Positions 48,138-57,072 of a DNA stretch of 64,000 nt are shown piece after piece. The DNA comes from a virus (Duplodnaviria; Caudoviricetes). Numbering within the stretch: the stretch's first letter is position 1; every line of letters starts with the position of its first letter. The notes beneath the pieces were generated by a model that was given only the letters and a program-made list of their open reading frames with translations, did not search any database and was not told where the DNA came from. The DNA is taken from IMG/VR virus record IMGVR_UViG_3300037067_013660, positions 132,896 through 196,895 of that record; one strand, given 5' to 3'. The translations under genes were made by a program, and so were the position numbers.

Positions 48138-49466
48138 CTACCGTACCGGTAGGTTGGTTTGCCGGGGATCACGGAACTTCCCCGCGTCCTCTTCCAAATA
48201 TTCTTCCAGGTACTCCTCCAACATCCTGGCGAGCACCTGTTGGATCGCGGGCCACGAGGCTTCTGACGCCGCGTTGCTACCGGCATTACTGTACCCAGAA
48301 AATCCCAGGTCGTCCTGCGTGATGCCGTCGTCTCCAAACACCGCCAAAATGTCGTCGACCCAATCGCACGACCATCTCTCGTCACACAAGAACGCACTCA
48401 AGACGTGACCATCGGCCATCAGGGTGTCGAGGATTTCTTGTCCCCGTTCGATCGAAATCTGCATCTTGTTGCTGACGATATCGTCGACCGTATTGAACCA
48501 CTCGGATTCAAACTCAGCGACAAACTTATTGATCGGTTCGTAGTCGACGTCCGCGTAGCCGTGCTGGTCGGCCCAATTATCTTGGAGGTAGCGATAAAAC
48601 TCGTCCAGGTTGGCGAGCAAGAGTTTCGGCGTCACGCCGTACTGGCGTAACGTCTCGACCAGCGCGGGATTGTGTTGCAACTCGTACTCAACGTACCTGC
48701 GCAGACGATCTGGATCGTACCGATACTCCAAATTATCAACAAATTGTTCAACCTCTTCCCACGCTTTATCCGACAGGAAATCAGCTAGGTCGTCCATACC
48801 GGCGGTCCTGTACGACGCCGTCACAGCATCTAGTTTAGGCTCACGCAGACGGTTACGATACCGTTGTTCTGACTCATCAAGACGTGGACGCCACTCACGG
48901 AAACTGATTTTTTCCAACGCGTCCAGCGGCAGCCGCACGTCCATTTCGTAACGCAACTCGTACGGGATGGTTTCCCACTCGTCCCCGACTTGGCGGTACA
49001 TAGGAAACAAGATGGCGTCGGCACCGCCGGGGCTTTTCTTGAACGTGTTGATGCGGCCGATCGCCATTTCGTTAGTTTCGGGCAGCGAGAATTTGACGAA
49101 ATCACCGATCCCAAGATCACCGCGAATATTTAGTGGCACGCGACCGCGCCCAGCGGCACGAACAAATGCAATGCGATCATGACCGCGAATCAGTTGGCTG
49201 ACCGCGTACTCCAGGTCCATCATGCGGGTGACGTCGTCTTCGTCGTCCCGTGGTTCTGGTTCGGCCGTCAGGACCTCGTCCAACACACGGGCCAACGCAT
49301 CCAGCTCGTCCATCGACGCCATGGTTTCACCATAGGCGTTGAGGCGACTACCCAGCGCGTAGATAGGGTCGCCAGAACTTCCGTGGAGCCAAAGAATTAC
49401 CTCGGGGTCTAGGTCCGACGTGTCTACGGGAACATTGTACTCTGGACCGAGTTGTTGGGAACGCAT
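48138..49466 (-). CDS. Modular acidic putative head protein
   Basis: AGGAG RBS; linkers DRIA, VRAA, YRTA. Confidence 0.65.
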   Translation of the reverse strand: MRSQQLGPEYNVPVDTSDLDPEVILWLHGSSGDPIYALGSRLNAYGETMASMDELDALARVLDEVLTAEPEPRDDEDDVTRMMDLEYAVSQLIRGHDRIAFVRAAGRGRVPLNIRGDLGIGDFVKFSLPETNEMAIGRINTFKKSPGGADAILFPMYRQVGDEWETIPYELRYEMDVRLPLDALEKISFREWRPRLDESEQRYRNRLREPKLDAVTASYRTAGMDDLADFLSDKAWEEVEQFVDNLEYRYDPDRLRRYVEYELQHNPALVETLRQYGVTPKLLLANLDEFYRYLQDNWADQHGYADVDYEPINKFVAEFESEWFNTVDDIVSNKMQISIERGQEILDTLMADGHVLSAFLCDERWSCDWVDDILAVFGDDGITQDDLGFSGYSNAGSNAASEASWPAIQQVLARMLEEYLEEYLEEDAGKFRDPRQTNLPVR

Positions 49467-49494
49467 TGTTTTCTCCTGGTTAATCCACCTAAAC

Positions 49495-49524
49495 AAAAGG
49501 CCGAACTGCTAGGCTCGGCCTTTT
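49495..49524 (-). terminator. Intrinsic terminator downstream of the capsid gene
   Basis: AAAAGGCCGA...TCGGCCTTTT hairpin with T-runs on both strands. Confidence 0.7.
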
Positions 49525-49565
49525 GAATCGGGGGATTATGAATTCAAGGTGGGACCTATTGGATG

Positions 49566-50660
49566 CTACAGCTTCGTGCCCTTCGACACACCGCGAGCGT
49601 TACCGATCACGATGCACTCGGACTGACCAATCCACCAGCCCTTACGGGGGCTGCCGTCGACCGCGTGCTTGTCGATCGGGTGGCTGTACATCTTGACGAG
49701 CGGGAGCTTGGCGCCGAGGGTCGCGGGGGACGCCAGCATGTAGACCTCACCAGCCTCAAGGCACCGCAGGGTGTCGTAACGATACCCGTCGGTGAATACC
49801 TCGACGCCGAAGATCTCGCCGAACTTGCCCTCCTCGAACAGCATGTGCTGCTCGACCGGCGAGTACACACCGTGCCAGTCGGTGTCGGCCAGGATGTCGT
49901 TCTGCAGGTCAACCGCCAACAGGCAGGTGGCGGGCTGCAGGCCCCAACCCCAAACCTGATCGCGCAGCGTACCGAACACCGTGGGGGTGAAGGCACCGAA
50001 CGAAACGTTGTTGTTCTGCAGGGTCGAAGCCTGGTCCAACAGGAACTTCGTAACATTGTCCTCCCGCACCATCGTGGCGACGAGGGCGTCGTTGTACTTG
50101 GTCTCTAGGTAGGTCTGGCCCGCGTACCAGAGGTCGGACTCATCGATCAGAACGTTGGCGATGAGCCAGAATTCCTCTGGGTAAATGAACTTGGGCCGAG
50201 GCACGGACTCACGAACGGCACCAGCGGACGTCATGTGCCAAGCCTGCACGTCGTGCTGGTTGATGAACACGCGAGGCGTCCCCTTCTCAGGGGTGTCGAC
50301 GCGCGCCAGGATCTTGTCCGTGAAGGCCATGCGGCCGAGAGTTTCGGAAAGGCTGTCGGCAAAGACTTCACCGAGGCGCTCGAACGCGCCGCCGCGAAGA
50401 CCTGGATCCTGCAGTGCCGCCTCAATGAGACGGGCGGTAGCGCCGTCGTCGGCCTGCGCCGTGCGCTCCATCTGCCCCTCGTTCAGCATCTGGCCCATGG
50501 TGGCCAAAAGCTCACGAAGCCCTGCCTTGTCGTTGGAGTTGTACTGCCCCTGGGAATTCACCAGGGGGGTGGAGGTTTGCTGATAGCCGCCGCTGCGGGT
50601 CCGGACCCACGCGTTACTCTCGGCGACGTTCTGACCCTGTCGGGTGATCTTGAATGTCAT
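49566..50660 (-). CDS. Major capsid protein
   Basis: 364 aa, strong codon bias, followed by a terminator; pattern (GQYNSNDK..L, MVREDN, GEVYML...LG, KGWW...E...IGNARGV) and gene order recall RSL1/Lu11-type jumbo phage capsids, from memory. Confidence 0.8.
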   Translation of the reverse strand: MTFKITRQGQNVAESNAWVRTRSGGYQQTSTPLVNSQGQYNSNDKAGLRELLATMGQMLNEGQMERTAQADDGATARLIEAALQDPGLRGGAFERLGEVFADSLSETLGRMAFTDKILARVDTPEKGTPRVFINQHDVQAWHMTSAGAVRESVPRPKFIYPEEFWLIANVLIDESDLWYAGQTYLETKYNDALVATMVREDNVTKFLLDQASTLQNNNVSFGAFTPTVFGTLRDQVWGWGLQPATCLLAVDLQNDILADTDWHGVYSPVEQHMLFEEGKFGEIFGVEVFTDGYRYDTLRCLEAGEVYMLASPATLGAKLPLVKMYSHPIDKHAVDGSPRKGWWIGQSECIVIGNARGVSKGTKL

Positions 50661-51036
50661 TCCTTTTTCAGCGTAGATACCCTTCCCTAAAGGGAAGAGA
50701 CGAAACGCTGCTCCTTTTGTTGTAGGTGAACAGATCCCTTGGGTCGTAATTTACGACCCAAGGGGGTTGACAGATAAGTTCTCTTACGAGAGATCTGTCC
50801 ACCAGCCGGGGCTGGCGTTAGAGCCTCTTCGCCGATGTTAAGCTGCGTTTTTACACTCGTCACACTTCCCCTACCCTCATAGGGATGTTTAATGATCGAG
50901 CCATAGAGCCCAAAACTAGAGGAGTATTTTGGGGTATGATGCATCAGCTTAACGTAGTCCTTCCTTTTGAGGACTTGGGCTAGTCAACCTGGGGCTTGCT
51001 TGCACAAGCCCCTACCTTTAGGTAGGGGCGATTGAC
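50661..51036 (-). mobile_element. ORF-less IscB-type element carrying an omegaRNA (HEARO-like)
   Basis: Minus strand GTCAAT-CGCCCCTACCTAAAGGTAGGGG...GTTGACTAGCC...ACTACGTTA...AACATCGGCGAAG, colinear with 53570-53812; second hairpin end at 50661-50715; TCAT flank. Confidence 0.88.
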
Positions 51037-51052
51037 GTTACGTCACCTTTCG

Positions 51053-51850
51053 TTAGACAACGGGATATTCAACGCCCAGGTAAGGATCGCTGGCAGAAGG
51101 CAGCGAAATAACCCGACCGAAGCAAGTTCCCAGAGCGTTGTTGTCGAAGATCGTGAGGACGCCACCAGCACCAGTCACGGGGTTGCCGTTGACGGCGGTA
51201 CCGAGCTGCTGGTTCAGCACCCACGCGGCATCGGCGTCATACATGGTGGTGTAGACGATGCAATGCTCACGCGCGATCATGACCTTGTCGAAGGTGTCTT
51301 CGGAGCCGCGACCGATGGCGGACTGACGGAGGATCTCACGGGACTCCGCAACCGTCAGGTTCCAACGATAACGCACGAAGAAGGCGTGGCCAGCGTCGGC
51401 GGCAGCAAACGTGATGATGCCGGTCGCGGCCGCCAGCGTAACGCTCACGCCCGCAACCGCAGCGCCCGCAACCTCAAGCTCCACGTTTGCCGTGGTGTCG
51501 AACACGTAGGCATCGGCAAAACCGGAGTAGCCGTTGGCCACGAGGTTGCTGTGGTCCAGCGTGAAGGTGTAGGGGCCAGGAGCCGCCGGAACGGTTCCGA
51601 CTTCGTAGTTCGTAAAGGTGGTGGCCAGGATCTTGCCGTTGATGGCAAACCCCAGGGGAACGGCATCGCCGAACACTGCGCCCGTGATGCTGGTGGTGGC
51701 CTGCTGGGTAGTGGTTCCGCCCGCTACCATAAGCTGGCCCTCTTCGACGAGATTCGTACCAGCGACCAGCTCGTACTCTTCACGCCGACCAATGAGGGAG
51801 CGTGTCATGTCCCACTTGGACTTAACGCTCGCGCCGGGTTGAATAGCCAT
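51053..51850 (-). CDS. Head decoration/structural protein
   Basis: Immediately upstream of the capsid gene; GAGGA RBS; ends GRVISLPSASDPYLGVEY. Confidence 0.7.
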   Translation of the reverse strand: MAIQPGASVKSKWDMTRSLIGRREEYELVAGTNLVEEGQLMVAGGTTTQQATTSITGAVFGDAVPLGFAINGKILATTFTNYEVGTVPAAPGPYTFTLDHSNLVANGYSGFADAYVFDTTANVELEVAGAAVAGVSVTLAAATGIITFAAADAGHAFFVRYRWNLTVAESREILRQSAIGRGSEDTFDKVMIAREHCIVYTTMYDADAAWVLNQQLGTAVNGNPVTGAGGVLTIFDNNALGTCFGRVISLPSASDPYLGVEYPVV

Positions 51851-52019
51851 AATGAATCCTCCTATGGCAAAGTTGGTGCCCTGTTGTGGGCAATTTCCGT
51901 CTGCACCGCCGACACACGTCGACAGACAAATTCAAAACAACAGCGTAATGCGGGTGATGGTAGGGAAGGGATTCCCTGATGGTGTAATGTGGAAGGCTTC
52001 TACTAAAGACTAACGTATT

Positions 52020-52298
52020 TTAGGAAACTACGGAACGAAGCTGCTCAACAAAACCAACGCCGTCTTGGATATCGGTAGGACCATACAGGTACGTTCTGCT
52101 CTTTTGCGAATCCGTCAGGAAATAGCGGATGGCCAAGTCACCAGCCTGCGTATCGATCCCAAGATCGGCCGCGTAGTCGACGATACGTTCTAGACGACGT
52201 AACGTCGCCTCACGCGTAACATCATCCATCTGGTCCACAAGACCGAAGTCGATGGCTTCGAGCCCTACGATCAGGACTTTGATTTCTCGCGAAATCAT
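52020..52298 (-). CDS. Hypothetical protein
   Basis: Start ATG overlaps the IscB stop. Confidence 0.55.
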   Translation of the reverse strand: MISREIKVLIVGLEAIDFGLVDQMDDVTREATLRRLERIVDYAADLGIDTQAGDLAIRYFLTDSQKSRTYLYGPTDIQDGVGFVEQLRSVVS

Positions 52299-53641
52299 CG
52301 AATCTCCAGCGCAGAAACCCCAAGCTTTAGTTCTGGGGAGGAAGCGCTGCTCCTTTTCTGGATTAGTAAAGTGCTGGCTTTTTCTACTAACCGTAGTTTC
52401 TTGTAGCTTACGCTAGGCGTTACGGTAGTACCGTCCAAAAGCCTTACGTCAAACTGTCCACTAGATCTACGACCAAACACAAAACACTCCTGACCTTTCA
52501 ACACCACTTTGTCAAACAACTGAAAACCATGAACATAACGAGCGGCTTTGTTGACTTTGCGGATCCCACCTCTCGTAATGGTGGCTTTATGGAGCTGTCG
52601 ATTTTGGCCACGAACTTGACGCATAGCACATATTTCGTTTGGTGCCGCTAAAGCATTTCCACTGGTGCAGCGTGCGTCTACTATGTGTGACTTTTCTAAA
52701 CCACATAACTTCCTAGTGTACTTCGTAACGTAACCGTAAGTTTCAGTTACGTTGGGGTATAGATTCTTGACGGCCTGAAGAACAAATCTCCTCATGGTTG
52801 TGATCTGCCCAGCGTCCCTAAAAGAAGGACGCGAACGCTTGAACGTCCTGGTTAGCTTATCTCGGTGGACTGTGTCGTGACAAGTTTTGCACAATGTAAT
52901 TAAATTATCCGGAGAATCACCGCCGGTTTTCCTAGATTCAATGTGGTGCACTTTCAAAATCTTATCCTTGGATTTACCTCGACAGTGTTGACAAACATGA
53001 CCATCTCGGTACAGTACATACGCCCTGACATTTTCAAATCCTAACTGGGGACCTTGCTGGTACGCCGTTCCTTGGATGCCTGGATTCTTTATTTTCTGGA
53101 TGTCAAATTGGGCAGCCTCAATTACGACATTAGTGATGGGCAGGAGTTGGTGAACCAGCTCGATCACCTTAACATGAACCGATACTTTGTTCTGAACCGA
53201 TGGAGCCAACCACCCTTTAGGTTTAGTACGGTTCTGGAATCTAGGTTGGCGATAACGAGTTTTTCTACTACGTCTACTGTTACGGAACGCTTTACGACTA
53301 GACATCAGATTTTGAATGTCGGTCCTGAGCTGAACCTCTGCCTCAAACAGCACCTGTTTAGTGGTTGTAGCTGATAGACCAATATGCTTAGTACCAGCGT
53401 CTACGCCTAATGAGATCGGCTGAACGTTTCCACCCGATGGACCAAGCAACTGGATGGTGAACGGAGTCCTCCTCACCACCTTTGCTTTTCCGGCCTCCAA
53501 CAGTTTCCTAGCCTTCCTAGGATACGTTGGCATTAATGGTTTGCCACGAGACGAGATAACGAAGACCCGAAGGTTTCGTTCCTTAGCCGAAGCTAAAGTC
53601 AGTTGTCCTTCGCCAATGTTAGGATGCGTTACCATGTCCAA
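52295..53641 (-). CDS. iscB: RNA-guided endonuclease IscB (true start probably near 53570)
   Basis: GKPLMPT, RuvC LGVDAG / VIEAAQFD / SHIVDA, Arg-rich bridge helix, HNH VHHI...NLITLCKTCH. Confidence 0.96.
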   Translation of the reverse strand: MDMVTHPNIGEGQLTLASAKERNLRVFVISSRGKPLMPTYPRKARKLLEAGKAKVVRRTPFTIQLLGPSGGNVQPISLGVDAGTKHIGLSATTTKQVLFEAEVQLRTDIQNLMSSRKAFRNSRRSRKTRYRQPRFQNRTKPKGWLAPSVQNKVSVHVKVIELVHQLLPITNVVIEAAQFDIQKIKNPGIQGTAYQQGPQLGFENVRAYVLYRDGHVCQHCRGKSKDKILKVHHIESRKTGGDSPDNLITLCKTCHDTVHRDKLTRTFKRSRPSFRDAGQITTMRRFVLQAVKNLYPNVTETYGYVTKYTRKLCGLEKSHIVDARCTSGNALAAPNEICAMRQVRGQNRQLHKATITRGGIRKVNKAARYVHGFQLFDKVVLKGQECFVFGRRSSGQFDVRLLDGTTVTPSVSYKKLRLVEKASTLLIQKRSSASSPELKLGVSALEIR

Positions 53642-53812
53642 TACACTGTCCCTACCCTCACAGGACTGTTTAATACTGGACCACAGAGCCAGGAACTAGG
53701 ACTCGCATTCTTGGGTGTGATCGTCATCCTAACGTAGTTCTCCTTTCGTAGAACTTAGGCTAGTAAGCATGGGCTCCTAAAAGCCCCCGCCTTTAGGCGT
53801 GGGGTTGCTTAC
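52299..53812 (-). mobile_element. IscB (OMEGA) IS200/IS605 element
   Basis: Terminal hairpins at ~52305-52350 and 53783-53804; TCAT flank; empty site restores an ATGA stop/start overlap. Confidence 0.9.
53570..53812 (-). ncRNA. IscB omegaRNA (HEARO-like) scaffold, 3' end approximate
   Basis: GTAAGC...GCTTAC-TAGCC stem, ACTACGTTA, AACATTGGCGAAG directly upstream of iscB. Confidence 0.85.
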
Positions 53813-54195
53813 GGTTCCGTCAGCTCTTCCTTGAGCTGTTGCTCAAGTGATTCGAGTGTTTCGTCAGAATCGTCCACGCCCCTGACTTCCCCGCGCTCCG
53901 TTGATTTGGGTGCCGGTACCACGTAGCCGGGTTGACGCGCTACCGCCATTTCGGCAGCCTCACGTATCGCCGGATCCCTCGCAAGGTCGTCGTGGAATAT
54001 CCGCGTGACTTCCCGCACCAGTTTATCGACATCCGTCAGGGTTTCGGCCCGTACCTCGATGTACCGCAGGGCCTTGGCTTTTTGACGTTCGTAGCGACCA
54101 TCGTCTTCCCAATCCTGTCGGTGATGACGATCGATCTGTTCCTTGATGAACTGCTTGGGAACGTACAGCACGTTGCTTTTCGGTTGGTAGATCAT
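53809..54195 (-). CDS. Hypothetical protein; stop codon supplied by the IscB element
   Basis: Ends ELTEP with CC from the flank and G-TAA from the element. Confidence 0.65.
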   Translation of the reverse strand: MIYQPKSNVLYVPKQFIKEQIDRHHRQDWEDDGRYERQKAKALRYIEVRAETLTDVDKLVREVTRIFHDDLARDPAIREAAEMAVARQPGYVVPAPKSTERGEVRGVDDSDETLESLEQQLKEELTEP

Positions 54196-54575
54196 TTTAC
54201 ACTCGTTGATGTCTCGATGATGGCGTAGATCAAACGACTGCCGTCAACTGTTCCTTGGGTCTCGAACCGTTGCAACCAATCCAACACCACCTGGACGGCC
54301 TCCACTTCCTTGGCACCGCCGCGTTGCCTGGGGCGCCACCCCTTGCCCTCGACCTTGCAGAACCACACGCCGTCTTTTTCCAGGGCCTTCAAGACGGTGT
54401 CGTGAAGGTCGGGGTCCTTCTGTACGGCGCCCGCGATTTCCTTCGGCAGCGTCCTGACTTCCTTGCCCTTCAGCGGCAGGTTCTTGCCCTCGCGCGAGGT
54501 GCACAGGACGTAGATCCAGAACAGGAGCCCGTCGTCCCGGTAATATTGAATATCCAGTGGAGAGGATTTCGGCAT
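54192..54575 (-). CDS. Hypothetical protein
   Basis: GAGG RBS; ATGA-coupled. Confidence 0.65.
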   Translation of the reverse strand: MPKSSPLDIQYYRDDGLLFWIYVLCTSREGKNLPLKGKEVRTLPKEIAGAVQKDPDLHDTVLKALEKDGVWFCKVEGKGWRPRQRGGAKEVEAVQVVLDWLQRFETQGTVDGSRLIYAIIETSTSVK

Positions 54576-54583
54576 CGCGGCCT

Positions 54584-54913
54584 CTAAAGTAACGCGGGAA
54601 TTAGCCCGGTGTTGTTGTTAATGTTGGTCACGACGTTGCCGACACTATCGACGCCCGTGTGGGTCGTGAGGTTTTCGTCCCACACGGCTGACGCGACGGT
54701 CTCGTGGGTCGCGGAGTGTGGTACCACGACCTCGACCAAATCGGGCACCAACTCGATTATGTTCTTGTTGATAAGCCGTCGGATGACCGGATTATTGTAC
54801 AGTTCGGCGTAACTATTGTAGGGGAAACGTCGCTCCTCTATTTCCTTGAACAGATACTTGACGACCGGTACGTACACGACCAACTGTGTACGGTTACGAA
54901 CCGTGATGGGCAT
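54584..54913 (-). CDS. Hypothetical (possibly structural) protein
   Basis: ITVRNRTQLVVYVP motif; context. Confidence 0.55.
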   Translation of the reverse strand: MPITVRNRTQLVVYVPVVKYLFKEIEERRFPYNSYAELYNNPVIRRLINKNIIELVPDLVEVVVPHSATHETVASAVWDENLTTHTGVDSVGNVVTNINNNTGLIPALL

Positions 54914-54927
54914 GGATGATTGCGCGA

Positions 54928-55200
54928 CTAAGGAACGCGCCCTACGGCGTCGACCGTGACGACCAAACGTTCAAACACCGAGGCATCAGGATCGTCCAGG
55001 TACTGCTCTACGTCGTCGGATCCGCCGTAAGCGTCGGCGCCCTCCTCGCTCCAAATCAATACGTCGAGATTAACGGGACGGCCCGACGTCGCGATCGCGA
55101 CGGCAAACCCAGCGGCTTCGGCAAAACTACCGAAAACGTGCTCATTGCCCGCCGCGTCGTTAACGGCAAACTCAACGTCTGGGTGCAATCGCTTAGACAT
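54928..55200 (-). CDS. Acidic hypothetical protein
   Basis: GAGGA RBS before MSKRLHP. Confidence 0.6.
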   Translation of the reverse strand: MSKRLHPDVEFAVNDAAGNEHVFGSFAEAAGFAVAIATSGRPVNLDVLIWSEEGADAYGGSDDVEQYLDDPDASVFERLVVTVDAVGRVP

Positions 55201-55618
55201 AGGCGTCCTCGTCCTGTTCTTCGTCGTATCGCACGAGGCGGTAGACCGCTTCGTAGCCGTCACCGACGTAAATGAGGCCCGGCATATCGGTGTAGCGAGT
55301 TTCACACAAGCCACACTCGTCGTCAGGCCGTGGTGGCCGCCCGTAGTGATCTTCAAACTGGTCGGCCCACGGGTATTCGTCGTCAGTGCCGGCACCACAG
55401 ACGGGACAGTCGGTCTCGCCGCTCGACATATAGTGATTGACGAGTTCGTAGACTTGTCCTTCGTGCTCCAACGTAGGTGCGGGGATCGGTAAATATCCGC
55501 CGCCCGTCACGATGACGGTCTGGTATTCGTGTGTGGCCCAATCAGGAAAATCCGACTCCGCGTACTCTGGCACACCATCGTAGTTGTAGAGGTAGCCCGC
55601 GAAGGACTTGTGGGCCAT
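55193..55618 (-). CDS. Acidic Zn-binding hypothetical protein
   Basis: CPVCG...CGLC. Confidence 0.6.
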   Translation of the reverse strand: MAHKSFAGYLYNYDGVPEYAESDFPDWATHEYQTVIVTGGGYLPIPAPTLEHEGQVYELVNHYMSSGETDCPVCGAGTDDEYPWADQFEDHYGRPPRPDDECGLCETRYTDMPGLIYVGDGYEAVYRLVRYDEEQDEDAYV

Positions 55619-55720
55619 TTCACCGCCCGTCAGCCCAAACGCCCACTCGACCTGCTCGCGGTCCTTTTGTGCTTCGTCACGAAATTCTGGTCATTGTGCC
55701 ATAACGAATACTCCTGTTGA

Positions 55721-56216
55721 CTACCGAGACAACACGTCTAGGTCGGTTATAAATTCATCAGCGGTCGGAAGGTCCTGCAACGGATAACTCGTGAGTTGTT
55801 GACCCGAAGCTCACACTTCAAGCGCCTTGGTGTTGGTGTTGACGATGTAGGCCCACTCGCAACTGCTGTCTTGCAGAAACTCGCCGTCGTCCGTCATGTG
55901 GCGTACTTCGCCCGTGATGTACGGATCCAACTGACCCTGAAGCTCCCGCAACACTTGGTACCACGTCGGCTCAGCATATCCACCTACCTGGAGGTTCGTA
56001 TAGGGAGCGTAACGTTTCAATTCCTTGTGCGGTACGGGATCCTCAGAATTAACCAAGATGATGCGACTGCACACTTGCTTGAATTTGGCGACACTAACGC
56101 CACGGATTTGTTCCAACACCTGAACGCCTAATTCAGAAGGATAGGAATCGAAAATGATTGTACATGGCCTTCAGGACACCACCGCAAGAAATTCCAACTA
56201 AACCTCGGGTACTCAT
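55721..56216 (-). pseudogene. Phage gene with a frameshift (~56152) and an in-frame TGA (55811)
   Basis: MSTRGLVG...YNHF/DSYPSELG...CEWAYIVN...LEV*ASG...YPLQDLPTADEF. Confidence 0.7.
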
Positions 56217-56227
56217 GTTCTGACTCC

Positions 56228-56716
56228 TTAGCAATCCAGTGGTGCACCACAGCCACGACACGACGTTTCGTCGCCGCGCGGAGTGGTGCCACAGTATACA
56301 CAATCACACTTGGTTTCGTTCGTCAAGATGATGGGCATGTTCTCGGTATTGAGCTTGACCTTCATCTCCAGAAACCACGGCTTGCCTTGAAACTGTAGGC
56401 GGCGGGCCGTGTCGATGTGCATGGTGGTGGCGACGCCGTTGAACGTCACGGGTACGACGGCACCGGGTTGAATTTTGAACGCCTGCTGGTGCTGGTTTAC
56501 CCCAGGCTTGACGGTGTTGAGGTACTTCCAGAAGGGCGAGCCATACCGATGCGCCAGGTTGGTGGCGGCGCGGCGTAATTGGCCACGCGACACGCACGGA
56601 TCCACCCTAATGCCTAGCGCTCGTGCTTCTCGCTTGAGTAAACCGAACTCGGCAGGCGTTGTCGCGCCGCCGCGTGGCCAAATAGCAAGCAACCGACCGA
56701 GAGCGTGCGGGTTCAT
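56228..56716 (-). CDS. Hypothetical protein with C-terminal Zn ribbon
   Basis: CVYCG...CRGCGAPL. Confidence 0.55.
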   Translation of the reverse strand: MNPHALGRLLAIWPRGGATTPAEFGLLKREARALGIRVDPCVSRGQLRRAATNLAHRYGSPFWKYLNTVKPGVNQHQQAFKIQPGAVVPVTFNGVATTMHIDTARRLQFQGKPWFLEMKVKLNTENMPIILTNETKCDCVYCGTTPRGDETSCRGCGAPLDC

Positions 56717-56718
56717 CT

Positions 56719-57072
56719 TTAGATGTTCCTCAGTTTCTGCCCGGACTTCGCCAAATATTTGACGGGTCCGTCTCGGCGGATTGCGTTTAACTCTTGGGTG
56801 AACATCTGGGTTTTGCCCGCCGCCTTCTGCACCAACTTGGGTAGTAACTGCATCAGGGTTTTGACGTCGTACTTCTGCATGTCGTCCGCTTCCCTGATGC
56901 CCGACTGTACCAAGATGTAGGCGAACCCAATCATCACGGCGTCGGCCAGGATTTCCAGGTGGGCGTCCGTGACCTTCAGGAGCTTGGGGTCCGGTACCGC
57001 GCCTTTACCCGGCTTCGTCACGAGGCCGTCGTCAGCCCGTCGGTACAGTGCAGATTTGTAGTGCAGCATCAT
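56719..57072 (-). CDS. Small putative head protein
   Basis: Leader MMLHYKSALYRRA. Confidence 0.6.
   Translation of the reverse strand: MMLHYKSALYRRADDGLVTKPGKGAVPDPKLLKVTDAHLEILADAVMIGFAYILVQSGIREADDMQKYDVKTLMQLLPKLVQKAAGKTQMFTQELNAIRRDGPVKYLAKSGQKLRNI

Noticed and set aside
50687-50944. 85-aa ORF inside the omegaRNA element
   Set aside because: Overlaps the structured RNA and has no IscB motifs; likely spurious
36096-51979. Long plus-strand ORFs (36096-37247, 42386-43384, 51032-51979 and similar) and minus-strand 11486-12622
   Set aside because: Antisense shadows of genes with clear motifs and RBSs on the opposite strand
24225-55813. TGA stop-codon reassignment (in-frame TGA at 24225, 39123, 55811)
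   Set aside because: Many genes end in TGA with ATGA coupling, long conserved genes contain no internal TGA, one affected gene also has a frameshift, and no suppressor tRNA is seen; simple nonsense mutations fit better
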